A DNA stretch of 64,000 nucleotides from an uncultured Chloroflexia bacterium (GCA_963751345.1 CAVVUS010000011.1:192001-256000), one strand, 5' to 3'. Shown: positions 31,248-40,923, counted from the first letter of the stretch. A program made the numbers and translations. Notes: generated by a model not told the origin, from the letters alone.

Positions 31248-32612
31248 ATGCGCAAGGGACGGGTAATCGCACTGAGTGTGGTCGGCGTACTGGTGGTTGT
31301 CGCGATATTCGTGGTTGTCCGGCTCGGTCAGGGAGGCTATCTGCCGCGGAGGGTGACACTGACAGCAGCTCCACCTCCCACCGCGATACCGATAGGGCAA
31401 GCGACCGCGACAACTGAGCCGACGGCAGCCCCCGGCGTGTCCGCGACCGGTACCGCAGTGCCGACGCCGACTGCTCAGGCATCCGAGACGCCGTTTCCCA
31501 CCGGCGTGCCGACGGCCACGGCCGGCCCGCCGGATACTCCGGAGCCGACGGCTGCGCCCACTGACGTCGTGCTACCTCCCAATCCGCTTACCGTCCCCGA
31601 CGGGTTTGGCACCTCTGTCTTCGCCGCGGGGCTGTCCGCTCCGCGGATGATGACGGTAGGCCCGGACGGTGAGGTGTACGTTGCCGAGCGAGGTGCGGGA
31701 CGGATCGTCCGGCTGCCCGATAGGGACCGGAATGGTGTCGCCGACGGCGTCGAGGTCGTGGCAGCGGGCCTGTCCGCCCCCAGCAGCCTGGCCTTCTTCC
31801 AGGATGGGTCGCTCTACGTTGGAGAGACGACACGGGTGCTGCGGATTACGCTTGCGGGCGATCCGCCTACGGCCCAAGATGTCTCGGTGGTGGTGGACGG
31901 CCTGCCAACCGGAGGGCACTCGACCCGCACGGTGCTCTTCAGCCCGGATTGGCAGTGGCTTTTCGTGTCGATAGGGTCGTCCTGCAACGTCTGCATCGAG
32001 CAGGACCCGCGCCGGGCCACCATTATGCGGTATCGCCCGGATGGGACCGACGAGACGATCTATGCCACCGGCCTCCGGAATGCGGTCGGCATTACATTCC
32101 GGCCGGGAACTGACGAGCTTTGGGCCACGAATAACGGTCGTGACAACCTGGGCGACGACCAGCCTCCGGAGACGATCTACATTGTTCATCAAGGGGACAA
32201 CGCCGGCTGGCCGAGCTGTCACGCCGGACGCATCATCGATCCGCAGTATGGCAGTCCGGGCGCCTGCGATGGCGTGGCGATTCCGGTCGTCGAGATGCAG
32301 GCTCATTCTGCCCCGTTGGGCCTGCGCTTCTACACCGGCACGCAGTTCCCGGAAGCCTACCGCGGCAACCTCTTTGTCGCGTTCCACGGCTCCTGGAACC
32401 GCACCGTGCCCACCGGGTACAAGGTGGTTCGAATCCCCGTGGACGGGAGTACGGTTGGCCCCGTGATGGACTTCGCCACCGGTTGGCTGGAGGGCAACGG
32501 CACGCGTTGGGGGCGCCCTGTCGACGTGGTCACGGCGACAGATGGCAGCCTGCTGATATCGGACGACGAGGGAGGGCGCATCTTCCGCGTCTTCTATATG
32601 AATCCAGAATGA
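31248..32612 (+). CDS. PQQ-dependent glucose/sorbosone dehydrogenase family beta-propeller, membrane-anchored, with a Pro/Thr-rich linker
   Basis: GHSTR, SIGSSCNVC, GLRNAVG, AHSAPLG, AFHGSWNR, GRPVDV. Confidence 0.88.
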   Translation: MRKGRVIALSVVGVLVVVAIFVVVRLGQGGYLPRRVTLTAAPPPTAIPIGQATATTEPTAAPGVSATGTAVPTPTAQASETPFPTGVPTATAGPPDTPEPTAAPTDVVLPPNPLTVPDGFGTSVFAAGLSAPRMMTVGPDGEVYVAERGAGRIVRLPDRDRNGVADGVEVVAAGLSAPSSLAFFQDGSLYVGETTRVLRITLAGDPPTAQDVSVVVDGLPTGGHSTRTVLFSPDWQWLFVSIGSSCNVCIEQDPRRATIMRYRPDGTDETIYATGLRNAVGITFRPGTDELWATNNGRDNLGDDQPPETIYIVHQGDNAGWPSCHAGRIIDPQYGSPGACDGVAIPVVEMQAHSAPLGLRFYTGTQFPEAYRGNLFVAFHGSWNRTVPTGYKVVRIPVDGSTVGPVMDFATGWLEGNGTRWGRPVDVVTATDGSLLISDDEGGRIFRVFYMNPE

Positions 32613-32728
32613 GGAATCAAGGAATAGAGAATCGGAGAATCAAAGAATAGAGAATCGAAGAACAGCGGGGCGCAGTCGCGATCCGCTGTTCTCTATTCAC
32701 CATTCTGCGATTCTTCGATTCTCCATTC
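32600..32728. repeat. Inverted arrays of 7-8 bp GAAT/ATTC tandem repeats around a GC-rich stem
   Basis: Nine GAAT/GAAC units (32600-32663), core AGAACAGCGG/CCGCTGTTCT, then six GTTC/ATTC units (32688-32728). Confidence 0.85.
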
Positions 32729-32784
32729 CTTTGGTATAATCGGCGATGTCGGGCCCACCTTACGAGAGCCCCTAGGAGGCATCC

Positions 32785-33321
32785 ATGACGTCCTATGACT
32801 GGCTGCTGATCTTTCTGGGAATTGGCCTGCTGGTCCTGTTCACCTTCGACCGAACGATTCGGACGCTCTTCACGCTCATGGCGCTCTGGGTCGCGACGTT
32901 GGCGAGTGCCGCCGTCTACCGAGTGGCCGCCTTTCGGCTCCAGGCAGTCACGGGGCCTAACGTGGAGCTGGCTCGTGGTGTGGTCTTTGACGTACTTCTC
33001 GTGATTTTTCTGGTCGTCTTCTATGTCCTGACGCGGGTAGCCTTTCCGGTGACGAAGCTCCCGAAGCTTGGGTTGCTGGATAATCTACTGGGGCTGCTTG
33101 TGGGTGTGGTGGTCGCCGTGGTGTTGGTGTCTTTGTTGGTCAACAGTATGGGCGTCATGGTGATGGAACGCTGGGTGACACACGAGCAAGGGTGGGCAAA
33201 TCTGCGGGCCGCGTTTCTGGGCTCAGGGCTCCGACCGTATACGACGCGGGTCCTGGGCGCATACGACTGGTTGTTTGTCCCGTTCTTCCAGGGTTTGCCG
33301 CCCGTACTCTACCCACAGTAA
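32785..33321 (+). CDS. CvpA (colicin V production) family membrane protein
   Basis: Four hydrophobic helices, D-W-L start, LDNLLGLLVG; directly upstream of mutS2; TG-TATAAT at 32732-32740. Confidence 0.7.
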   Translation: MTSYDWLLIFLGIGLLVLFTFDRTIRTLFTLMALWVATLASAAVYRVAAFRLQAVTGPNVELARGVVFDVLLVIFLVVFYVLTRVAFPVTKLPKLGLLDNLLGLLVGVVVAVVLVSLLVNSMGVMVMERWVTHEQGWANLRAAFLGSGLRPYTTRVLGAYDWLFVPFFQGLPPVLYPQ

Positions 33322-33335
33322 CCATTGGGGTGTTG

Positions 33336-35741
33336 ATGAACCGTCATTGGGAGAAACTTGAATTCCCGGAGATCCTGCGCCGACTGGCGCGTCACACGGA
33401 TTTCTCCGGTGGAGAGGCACAGGCGCTCTCCCTGCAGCCATCCTTCTTCATCAGGGAGGCCGAAGAGCTCCTCGCCCGGACCAGCGAGGCACGGGCTCTG
33501 CTGGACGCCCATCCGGACTTTGCCCTTGGCGGCATCTCGGATATCCGCCCAATGGCCGTGCGTGCCCAGCATGGCATCGTGCTGCAACCGACCGAGTTCC
33601 TTGAGGTGCGGAGCACCCTGATGGGCGCCGACCGCGTGCACCGCACTCTGGTGCGGCTGGAGACTCAGTTCCCCAACCTTGCCGACATCGCGGGGCGCAT
33701 CCAGTCGTTGCCTGGGGTCTCTGATGCCATCACGCGGGTGTTGGACGACCGGGGTGAGGTGCGCGACAGCGCCTCGGAGGAGCTGTCGCGGATCCGGCGG
33801 GACCTCCGCGTCACCCAGGACCGGGTTCAGGAGCGACTCCGCAGAATCGTGGCGTCCCCTGAGGTCGCCCCGTACCTGCAGGAGGCCCTGATTACGCGGC
33901 GTGAGGGGCGGTTCGTCATCCCGGTCCAGGCGGACTTCAAGGGACACGTGCACGGCATCGTTCACGATCGCTCGTCGAGCGGCGCCACGCTCTTCATGGA
34001 GCCTACCCAGGTCGTGGAACTGAACAACGCCCTGCGCGAACTGCGGTTGGCGGAGGAAGAGGAGATCATCAGGCTCCTGCGTGCGCTTGCTGCCCGGGTG
34101 GGGCAGGTGGCGGAGGAGATCAACCATACGCTGGACGCTTTGGCCGAGCTTGATCTTGTGATGGCCAAGGCCCGGTATGCCGGCTCGCTTCTCGCGACGG
34201 CGCCCAAGCTGGTCCCGGTCGCCAAGACACCGCCTGATCCCGAGGGTGATAACCTCTATCCGGGCACCGTGGTCCGCCTCAAGGGCGCCCGCCATCCGCT
34301 TATCGACCCGGCCTCGGTGGTGCCTGTCGATATCGATGTCTTCGAGGATACGCACGTGATCGTCATCACCGGCCCTAACACCGGTGGCAAGACCGTCTCG
34401 CTGAAGACCGTGGGGCTGCTGACGCTGATGGCCCTCTCCGGCATGCACATTCCTGTGGATGAGGGGTCGGAGCTTTCCTGCTTCGACGCAATCTATGCTG
34501 ACATCGGCGACGAGCAGTCCATCGAGCAGAGCCTGTCCACGTTCTCGTCGCACCTGAACAACATCCTCTCGTTTCTGGAGGACGTGGATCACCGTTCGCT
34601 CGTGCTCCTCGATGAGCTGGGTGCCGGGACCGATCCGGCCGAGGGGTCGGCGCTGGCCCGGGCGCTGCTGGAGGCCTTTCGCCAGCGGCGAAGTACGGTC
34701 TTCGTCGCGACCCACTATCCGGAACTGAAGCTGTATGCCCACAACACGCCGGGCGTGCGAAACGCATCGATGGAATTCGATGTCGAGACGCTGGCCCCGA
34801 CCTATAGGCTGACGATCGGGCTGCCTGGGCGGTCCAATGCCTTCGCCATCGCTCAGCGGCTGGGCATGCCCGCTTCCATCGTCAAGCAAGCCCAGGGCAT
34901 GATCTCGGGCAGCGAGCTTCGCGCGGAGGATATGCTCAGCGACCTGCACAATCTGCGGATCCAGGAGGTCGTCCACCGCGACGAGGCCCGCAAGGCTCGA
35001 CGCGAGGCTGAGTCCATGCGGCAGGAGCTGCGGGAGCGCCTCTCCCAGATCGAGCGGGAGCGACGTCAGATCCTGCAGCAGGCGGAGGACCAGGTGGACG
35101 CCGAGGTCGACGAGCTGCGCAGCGAACTCCGCGCCCTGCGAACGAAGATGATGCTCACCCCGCTCAGCAGCGGGACGCCCGCCCTGGACGAGGTTGAGGA
35201 AGAGCTCGAACAGATCGACGCCAAGGTCTCGTCTCCCGGGCCCCTGGTGGAGGATCTGGTCGCATCCGTCGAGGTCGAGCCGGACCGGGAGATCCGGGAA
35301 GGAGATACGGTCAAGCTCCTCTCCGTAGGCATCGAGGGAATCGTGCTGGGTCTGGGCGACGGTGAGGTCACGGTGCAGGCGGGCTCGATCCGGACGCGTG
35401 TGCCGCGGTCGGATGTTGCACTCGTGACGCAGATACCGGCGCCCGAGAGGGCGTCCTCCGGCATCTCGACCCCGTCGCGCCCGGCGTCGCCCGGCATCCA
35501 GATCGATCTGCGCGGGCAGACGGTCGAGGAAGCGCTTCATCGCCTGGACCGATACGTCGACGAGGCTGCGATGGCGGCCTTACCGTGGGTGAGGATCATC
35601 CACGGTAAGGGCACGGGGACGTTGCGTCGTGAGGTCAGGCGCTACGTAGCGAGTCATCCGCTGGTTGCCTCGTATGACATCGCCCCGCAGAACGAGGGCG
35701 GAGAGGGCGCGACGATCGTCCATCTCGTGACATCGCGATGA
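33336..35741 (+). CDS. mutS2: Endonuclease MutS2 (Smr domain)
   Basis: ITGPNTGGKT, DIGDEQSIEQSLSTFSSH, LLDELGAGTDP and Smr DLRG..IIHGKGTG; ATG at 33336. Confidence 0.95.
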   Translation: MNRHWEKLEFPEILRRLARHTDFSGGEAQALSLQPSFFIREAEELLARTSEARALLDAHPDFALGGISDIRPMAVRAQHGIVLQPTEFLEVRSTLMGADRVHRTLVRLETQFPNLADIAGRIQSLPGVSDAITRVLDDRGEVRDSASEELSRIRRDLRVTQDRVQERLRRIVASPEVAPYLQEALITRREGRFVIPVQADFKGHVHGIVHDRSSSGATLFMEPTQVVELNNALRELRLAEEEEIIRLLRALAARVGQVAEEINHTLDALAELDLVMAKARYAGSLLATAPKLVPVAKTPPDPEGDNLYPGTVVRLKGARHPLIDPASVVPVDIDVFEDTHVIVITGPNTGGKTVSLKTVGLLTLMALSGMHIPVDEGSELSCFDAIYADIGDEQSIEQSLSTFSSHLNNILSFLEDVDHRSLVLLDELGAGTDPAEGSALARALLEAFRQRRSTVFVATHYPELKLYAHNTPGVRNASMEFDVETLAPTYRLTIGLPGRSNAFAIAQRLGMPASIVKQAQGMISGSELRAEDMLSDLHNLRIQEVVHRDEARKARREAESMRQELRERLSQIERERRQILQQAEDQVDAEVDELRSELRALRTKMMLTPLSSGTPALDEVEEELEQIDAKVSSPGPLVEDLVASVEVEPDREIREGDTVKLLSVGIEGIVLGLGDGEVTVQAGSIRTRVPRSDVALVTQIPAPERASSGISTPSRPASPGIQIDLRGQTVEEALHRLDRYVDEAAMAALPWVRIIHGKGTGTLRREVRRYVASHPLVASYDIAPQNEGGEGATIVHLVTSR

Positions 35742-35760
35742 TGGCCTGACGCACAGATGC

Positions 35761-35800
35761 AAAGAGAGGCCTGGCTTCCCGATGGGGGCCAGGCCTCTCT
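35761..35800. terminator. Hairpin terminator between convergent mutS2 and fmdB
   Basis: AGAGAGGCCTGGC...GCCAGGCCTCTCT. Confidence 0.7.
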
Positions 35801-35831
35801 ATACGATGAATGTGATACGCTGGATGTAACC

Positions 35832-36158
35832 CTACTTCTTGTTCTTGTCGTTCTTGCTATCCCCGCCGGATTCCGAAGCAGACGACGTGGTTGTGGTACT
35901 CTTGGGGGCATCGCTTTCGCTCTTATGCGCCGAACTCTCAGCCTCGTCTTTCCGGTTGCCGGGAATGGCCGTCGACGACTTCGAGCGATGATCTGTCACG
36001 TAGAAGCCCGAGCCCTTGAAGATAATGCCGGCAGGCTGTATCAGTCGCACGACAGGGCCCGAGCAATCCGGGCAGGTCTTCACCGGTTCCTCGCTGAAGC
36101 TCTGACGTCTTTCAAACCTCAACCCGCACTCTTGGCATTGATATTCATATAGTGGCAT
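35832..36158 (-). CDS. FmdB-family zinc-ribbon regulatory protein
   Basis: MPLYEYQCQECG..CPDC..IIFKGSGFYVTD with a Ser/Lys-rich tail; GGAGG RBS. Confidence 0.9.
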   Translation of the reverse strand: MPLYEYQCQECGLRFERRQSFSEEPVKTCPDCSGPVVRLIQPAGIIFKGSGFYVTDHRSKSSTAIPGNRKDEAESSAHKSESDAPKSTTTTSSASESGGDSKNDKNKK

Positions 36159-36184
36159 GCCGATTACCTCCCAGAGACTAACCG

Positions 36185-36914
36185 CTATATTATAAGCCCA
36201 TTGCCTGGGTTGGCAAGGTTTCGAGCGCTCATTCTCAGAGAGGCGCGCGCCTGCACGAAAATCGCGTCGAACATCTCCAGCGTCAGGCGACCCGTCTGGG
36301 TGTTCTGCCGGCTGGGATGGTAAGAGACGATCAGCCGCGGCAGCGAGTCGGGCAGCGCCACACTGAGACCGTGCGCGAAAGACCGGTTTCGGCACCTCGT
36401 AGCCCTGCTGGCTGAGCAGGCGCAGATAGCCGTCAAAGGCGACCTTGCCCAGGACCACCACCGTCTCCAGATTAGTGAGCAGGGCCAGCTCCCTGACCAG
36501 GAACGGGCGGCAGGCCACCAACTCCTCGGTCGTGGGCCGGTTATTGGGCGGGGCACACCGGCCGACCGCTGTGATGAAGGCGTCATGGAGCCGGAGGTCG
36601 TCGTCGCGCCGCTCCGAGGTGGGCTGACTGGCAAATCCCGTGCGGTAAAGCGCGCCGAAGAGCGTCTCGCCGGAGCTATCGCCGGTGAACATCCTTCCCG
36701 TCCGGTTGGAGCCGTGCGCCCCGGGGGCCAGCCCCAGGATGAGCAGCCGCGCATCGTGGTCGCCAAAGCCGGGCACCGGCTTGCCCCAGTACGTCCAATC
36801 CAGATATGCACGCCGCTTGGTCTTGGCGACCTCTTCCCGCCACGCCACTAATCGCGGACAGAGCCGACAGGCCACGATCTCATCGTTCAATGCGTCCCAG
36901 GTATCATCAGTCAA
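36185..36914 (-). CDS. udgB: Family-5 uracil-DNA glycosylase (UdgB type, Fe-S); frameshift near 36380
   Basis: CRLCPRL, GLAPGAHGSNRTGRMFTGD, RCAPP; YHPSRQNT in the second frame. Confidence 0.88.
36189..36216 (-). promoter_or_regulatory. Sigma70-type promoter of the fmdB-like gene
   Basis: TTGCCA-N16-TATAAT on the minus strand. Confidence 0.6.
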
Positions 36915-38149
36915 TCGATATCCTCCAGCAGCTTGTCGATCACGTGATGGGCCTCGTCGTACCGCAGAAAGGCACGCTCGGCCTTCCGAAAGGCGGGTGT
37001 ATGCGCGCGCCGCCGGCCCTTGACGACGTGCGTCCCCAGGGATTTGTGAAGCAGTTCGTGATACATCACCAGGTCCAGCCCGTAGTCGGGCACTTCAGCA
37101 TCGTCGAGCGTGATGCTGACCACAATGGTGTCTGTCGACTCATTATAGTGGGCGAGCTTCCTATGGGTGCGTGTGCGGTTCCAGGCTAGGTGCGGACGGG
37201 GCATCGCCCCGTGGAAATATGCTGCATTGACGCGATCGAACGCCGCGTCGAGGTCGTGATGCAGACCCTTGGCGTTCTCCGACGTCGACGGGGCCGGACC
37301 GAGGGTCGCCGTGAGAGCCTCGTGGATGGAGGAGAATGCCTCACTGCCGGCATAGGTTCTGATCCGCTTCCGGTCAGCCTCGTTCGCCCTCTGGTCGAGG
37401 AAGAGCCGCACGAGGGTATCGAGGATGCCGTTCGGCGCGACGATGAACCCCTCATCGATCGTGATCTGGCGCGAGGTGCTGCTGGCCTTTACCTGATACA
37501 GCTTCGACGTCAGCGCGATCTGCACCTGCAGCGCGTGGGACATGCCTCCCCGGACACGCCTGGCAGGTAGGCGTCGCTGGGTCTCCTGTGTCACATAGCG
37601 CAGTGTTCGGAGATGCTGTAGAAGGTTCTCCGGGTCGCTGAGAAAACGCATCCATTGGTAGGCGCGCCGGGATTGAATCGGCAGGTCCGAAGGTGAGGCG
37701 TCGCCTTCCTCGCAGAGCGAGGCAACGCCATCTGCATCGGCCCGCAGCCGCTCGCTGAGTGTTCGCACCTCGGGACTCTCCGCATTGAAGTCGGCCCTCG
37801 ACTCGGCAACCAGCGCGGCGAACTTCTCATGGAAATCATGACATGCCGACACCAGCCCTGAGAGCCGGAAGGGCTCTACGTCGGGTTCCGTTCCACCTTT
37901 GCGCTCCGGCAGCTTCGAGAGATCCAGGTCGCGCAGATAGATGTAGGCACGCCGCGAGGGGGCCGGTAGCTGTTCCGGCGTGGTCTGATACTCAGCGCAC
38001 ATCGCCTCGACTCGCCGCACGGCGCGGCGAACCGCCGCACGGAACGATGCATGCTCTGCCTTTGGAATGCCACCACGCAATTCATCGCGCACGCCGTTCA
38101 TGAGCTTGACTAGCCCGGAAATGCGAAGCTCTCCCTCATCGTTCGTCAT
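36911..38149 (-). CDS. SprT/M48(YgjP)-like zinc metalloprotease with a duplicated N-terminal helical domain
   Basis: C-terminal FDRVNAAYF..LAW..VMYHELLH..HTPAF; overlaps the udgB start. Confidence 0.7.
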   Translation of the reverse strand: MTNDEGELRISGLVKLMNGVRDELRGGIPKAEHASFRAAVRRAVRRVEAMCAEYQTTPEQLPAPSRRAYIYLRDLDLSKLPERKGGTEPDVEPFRLSGLVSACHDFHEKFAALVAESRADFNAESPEVRTLSERLRADADGVASLCEEGDASPSDLPIQSRRAYQWMRFLSDPENLLQHLRTLRYVTQETQRRLPARRVRGGMSHALQVQIALTSKLYQVKASSTSRQITIDEGFIVAPNGILDTLVRLFLDQRANEADRKRIRTYAGSEAFSSIHEALTATLGPAPSTSENAKGLHHDLDAAFDRVNAAYFHGAMPRPHLAWNRTRTHRKLAHYNESTDTIVVSITLDDAEVPDYGLDLVMYHELLHKSLGTHVVKGRRRAHTPAFRKAERAFLRYDEAHHVIDKLLEDID

Positions 38150-38155
38150 GGAGTT

Positions 38156-38184
38156 ACTCTAGCATGACAGTCGCCTTGGGGCAA
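38156..38184 (-). promoter_or_regulatory. Putative leaderless promoter for the SprT-like gene and udgB
   Basis: TTGCCC-N17-(TGc)TAGAGT, then 6 nt, then ATG; no clear SD sequence. Confidence 0.4.
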
Positions 38185-38210
38185 CCTTCCCGGGACCGAC
38201 ACATCGGTGG

Positions 38211-38777
38211 CTACAACCGCAGGTCGGCGGCAATACCCAGATTGCGGCGGCACTGTCGGATGGCATCCTCCAGTGACCCATCTGTGTCGACCACGAGGTG
38301 TGGCAGGTCCAGAGGGTCGGCTTCGGCCTTGAGCCTGAGGTAGAGGGTCGCGTCTCGGTTCGCAGCACTGTGGGCTTCCTCGGCTCTGTCCTGCGCCAGG
38401 CGGCGCAGCGCAGTAGCGTCGGCGCAACGGCACTCAATGAAGACAAGGCGCTCCTCTTTCGTCGGTACCCCCATCTCGGCTGCAGCCTGAACGACTCTCT
38501 CCACGTGACTGCGACGCGTGAACGTGCGACCGTCGAGGATGACGACCCGCCGCGGGACCCGCCGGAGCAGGAACGCTGCTGTTTGGAGCATAATCTCGAC
38601 GCAGAGGTCGTCCTGTTCGGCGGAATACTCAATGGCCTCCGGGGGAAAGAGAGCTGCACGGATCTCGTCCTTGTCGAGCACGATAGCATCGATGCCGGCG
38701 CCCCTCAGGTCGGCCGATAGCGCCCGCGCCAGCGTGCTCTTGCCCGTAGCGGGTAGACCCGCCATAGCGATTAGCAT
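38211..38777 (-). CDS. P-loop kinase (AAA_33 family)
   Basis: GLPATGKST, D-E-I-R, VILDG and lid RRLAQDR. Confidence 0.8.
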   Translation of the reverse strand: MLIAMAGLPATGKSTLARALSADLRGAGIDAIVLDKDEIRAALFPPEAIEYSAEQDDLCVEIMLQTAAFLLRRVPRRVVILDGRTFTRRSHVERVVQAAAEMGVPTKEERLVFIECRCADATALRRLAQDRAEEAHSAANRDATLYLRLKAEADPLDLPHLVVDTDGSLEDAIRQCRRNLGIAADLRL

Positions 38778-38795
38778 AGGACGAAGGGCGAGGCT

Positions 38796-40118
38796 CTAGA
38801 ACATACCCGTCCGTACGGCATCCGAGAGCAGGGCCCGGAAGCACGTGGGGTCGCACCCCGGCAGCGCCATGGCTGCCCTGTCCAGCCGGCCAAGTCGAAG
38901 GTACGCGAGAACCTCTTCTTCGAGCGCTACAGCCCGTACGACGGTGCCCTCGAGTTCGACGCTGTCGCACGTATGTGAAAATGAGGGAGCCCAATGGCCC
39001 CCGGTCTCGCGCTCCAGGTCTGCCATCACGTCGACATGCACGCCATCGACGTCAAAGACACCGTAATGAGACCGGACGCCGTCTCCCTTTCGCCAGGCCA
39101 CGGGCATCACCGCCCGGTCGGAGAAAAGCCCCTGGAAACGGTAGGCGGCCTCCTGGGACATCTCCAGATCGAGATCCGGTACGCTGACCGGGATCCCGTG
39201 CAGTGCCAGCGCCGCACTGCCGACCACCTTGTAGTCGATGTCCTGGGCATCCAGGGTCTGGGCAAGCTTCCGCAACGTCGCTCGCCATTGGGGACGCCGG
39301 CAGACTGCGAGAAGGTGCATGGCGCCTCCGTGGGTTGTGGGATCCTGGCCGATCTCGTAGTTCACATCAACCCAGAACTCCCAATCCTTGCCCGTGAGGG
39401 CGTTTAGTTTTTCCTCGCGACCTGCAGCGAGGCCCTCCACCGCCACCACAGAGATGACCTCCAGGCCCACGCTGCGGCAGAGCGGTCGGACCTCAGCCGG
39501 ATGGGCCTCATACGCGACAAATGTGACGCTGCCATCAGCGCTGGGCGGGACAATGCCGGTAGCCGCGGCCAGATGGTAGTCCTCCGAATCCTCTGGAGCT
39601 TGTTCGGGGTAGTTGGCTATGGCGTCGATGTGCGCAGCATAGCGGGAGATGAAGGCGACGAAGAGCGGGCCCCCCGGCTTGAGAACCCGATACGCCTCCG
39701 CCAGAGCCGCGGTGCGTGCCTCTAGTTCCAGTAGGTGGTAGAGCGGCCCCATCAGTAGGACGGCATCGAAATTCTCATCAGGATATCGCGAGAGATCGGT
39801 CGCGGTCCCTAGGTCGAATCCCGATGGGGTCACTCCGGCCTCGGCCGAACGTGCTCGCGCTATCGAGAGCTGATCCGGGGACAAATCGAAGAGCGTAACG
39901 TCGTAGCCCTGCTCAGCCAGTGTTATTGCGTACCGGCCGGGGCCGCTGCCGCAGTCCAGCACGCGGGCCGGTGGCTGCGGCAGGTGTTCCTGCAGTGCGC
40001 GGAGCGTCACCGCAAACTCGGAGCGGTGGCGCTCCATACGCAGCCACTCCCTCTCAGGGTGGGTCGCATAGAGCGCCCGGATGGCGGGTTCGATGGCGTG
40101 ATACGTCTCGTCGCTCAT
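38796..40118 (-). CDS. Class I SAM-dependent methyltransferase fused to a Pol-beta-type nucleotidyltransferase domain
   Basis: VLDCGSGPG and LLMGPLYHL; C-terminal VVGSAALALHG..PDLDL..VDVM; ATG at 40118. Confidence 0.8.
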   Translation of the reverse strand: MSDETYHAIEPAIRALYATHPEREWLRMERHRSEFAVTLRALQEHLPQPPARVLDCGSGPGRYAITLAEQGYDVTLFDLSPDQLSIARARSAEAGVTPSGFDLGTATDLSRYPDENFDAVLLMGPLYHLLELEARTAALAEAYRVLKPGGPLFVAFISRYAAHIDAIANYPEQAPEDSEDYHLAAATGIVPPSADGSVTFVAYEAHPAEVRPLCRSVGLEVISVVAVEGLAAGREEKLNALTGKDWEFWVDVNYEIGQDPTTHGGAMHLLAVCRRPQWRATLRKLAQTLDAQDIDYKVVGSAALALHGIPVSVPDLDLEMSQEAAYRFQGLFSDRAVMPVAWRKGDGVRSHYGVFDVDGVHVDVMADLERETGGHWAPSFSHTCDSVELEGTVVRAVALEEEVLAYLRLGRLDRAAMALPGCDPTCFRALLSDAVRTGMF

Positions 40119-40140
40119 CGCGTCCGGGGAGGCGCCGGCT

Positions 40141-40653
40141 CTACCAGTGGTCGTACTTGACGATTGCCGACAGCTCTTTCCGCCGCTTCGGACCCGGCTG
40201 GCTATCAGGATAGCCAAGCGGCGTGACGATCATGGGGGTTACCCCTCGCGGGAGCTTGAACACATCCTGCGCTGCCTCCGGATCGAATGCCGCAATCCAA
40301 CAGGTCCCCAGGCCCAGCGACGTTGCCGCCAGCACGATATGGTCCATCACGATGGCCGCGTCGACATCGACATAGCTCTTGCCGTCGTGGTTCCGCATCC
40401 AGGCTTCGGCCTGAACGCCGCATACGCATAACACGATGGGTGCCTCGACAAACCACTGCCGCCCGTAGATCTGCAGGAGTTCCTCCCGATGCCCCTCGGT
40501 TCGGACCACGAGAATGCGGAACGGTTGCCGGTTGGCTGCGGTGGGTGCGAGACGGGCCGCCTCCAGGACGGCCTGAAGCTTCTCATCCTCGACGGGGTCG
40601 GATTTGTAGGCGCGCACACTGTAGCGACTCTGCACTAACTCAAGGAAATCCAT
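40141..40653 (-). CDS. Nitroreductase family protein
   Basis: SRYSVRAY, APTAANRQP, GLGTCWI, PLGYP. Confidence 0.9.
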   Translation of the reverse strand: MDFLELVQSRYSVRAYKSDPVEDEKLQAVLEAARLAPTAANRQPFRILVVRTEGHREELLQIYGRQWFVEAPIVLCVCGVQAEAWMRNHDGKSYVDVDAAIVMDHIVLAATSLGLGTCWIAAFDPEAAQDVFKLPRGVTPMIVTPLGYPDSQPGPKRRKELSAIVKYDHW

Positions 40654-40823
40654 CGAATCCTCCTGTTCGGCTGGATGAAGGTGCTGCTTTACACCGATCA
40701 TTCTTCTTCAGGGTCGTCGCCGCTGTCATCTGATTCTGTGCCGGACCACAGGGTTTGTCAAATCGGCGAGCGCTCGTTGCCTCCAGGCATACCGCGGGCG
40801 TCCCGCGCACAGTCCGCCGCTGC

Positions 40824-40851
40824 TTGACGAAACAATCATAGTCCGTAAAAT
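40824..40851 (+). promoter_or_regulatory. Sigma70-type promoter of the second ABC exporter
   Basis: TTGACG-N16-TAAAAT. Confidence 0.6.
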
Positions 40852-40923
40852 GCGTAGGCTGTGGGGCCGGCGCCATTCGGGGGCCGGGCAAGATGTGGGA
40901 GGTATCGTGGGCAGGGAGTGACG

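Noticed and set aside
32600-32728. Possible CRISPR array
   Set aside because: Units are 7-8 bp with no unique spacers, and no cas genes are present
33309-35540. 743-aa antisense ORF, and similar long ORFs opposite mrdA, dprA, topA, the FAD oxidoreductase and dgoD
   Set aside because: Shadow ORFs produced by high-GC codon bias opposite well-supported genes; no recognisable motifs
35832-36914. Apparent UDG-FmdB fusion ORF of 360 aa
   Set aside because: Artefact of the frameshift near 36380. The UDG C-terminus is in another frame, and fmdB has its own promoter, RBS and ATG
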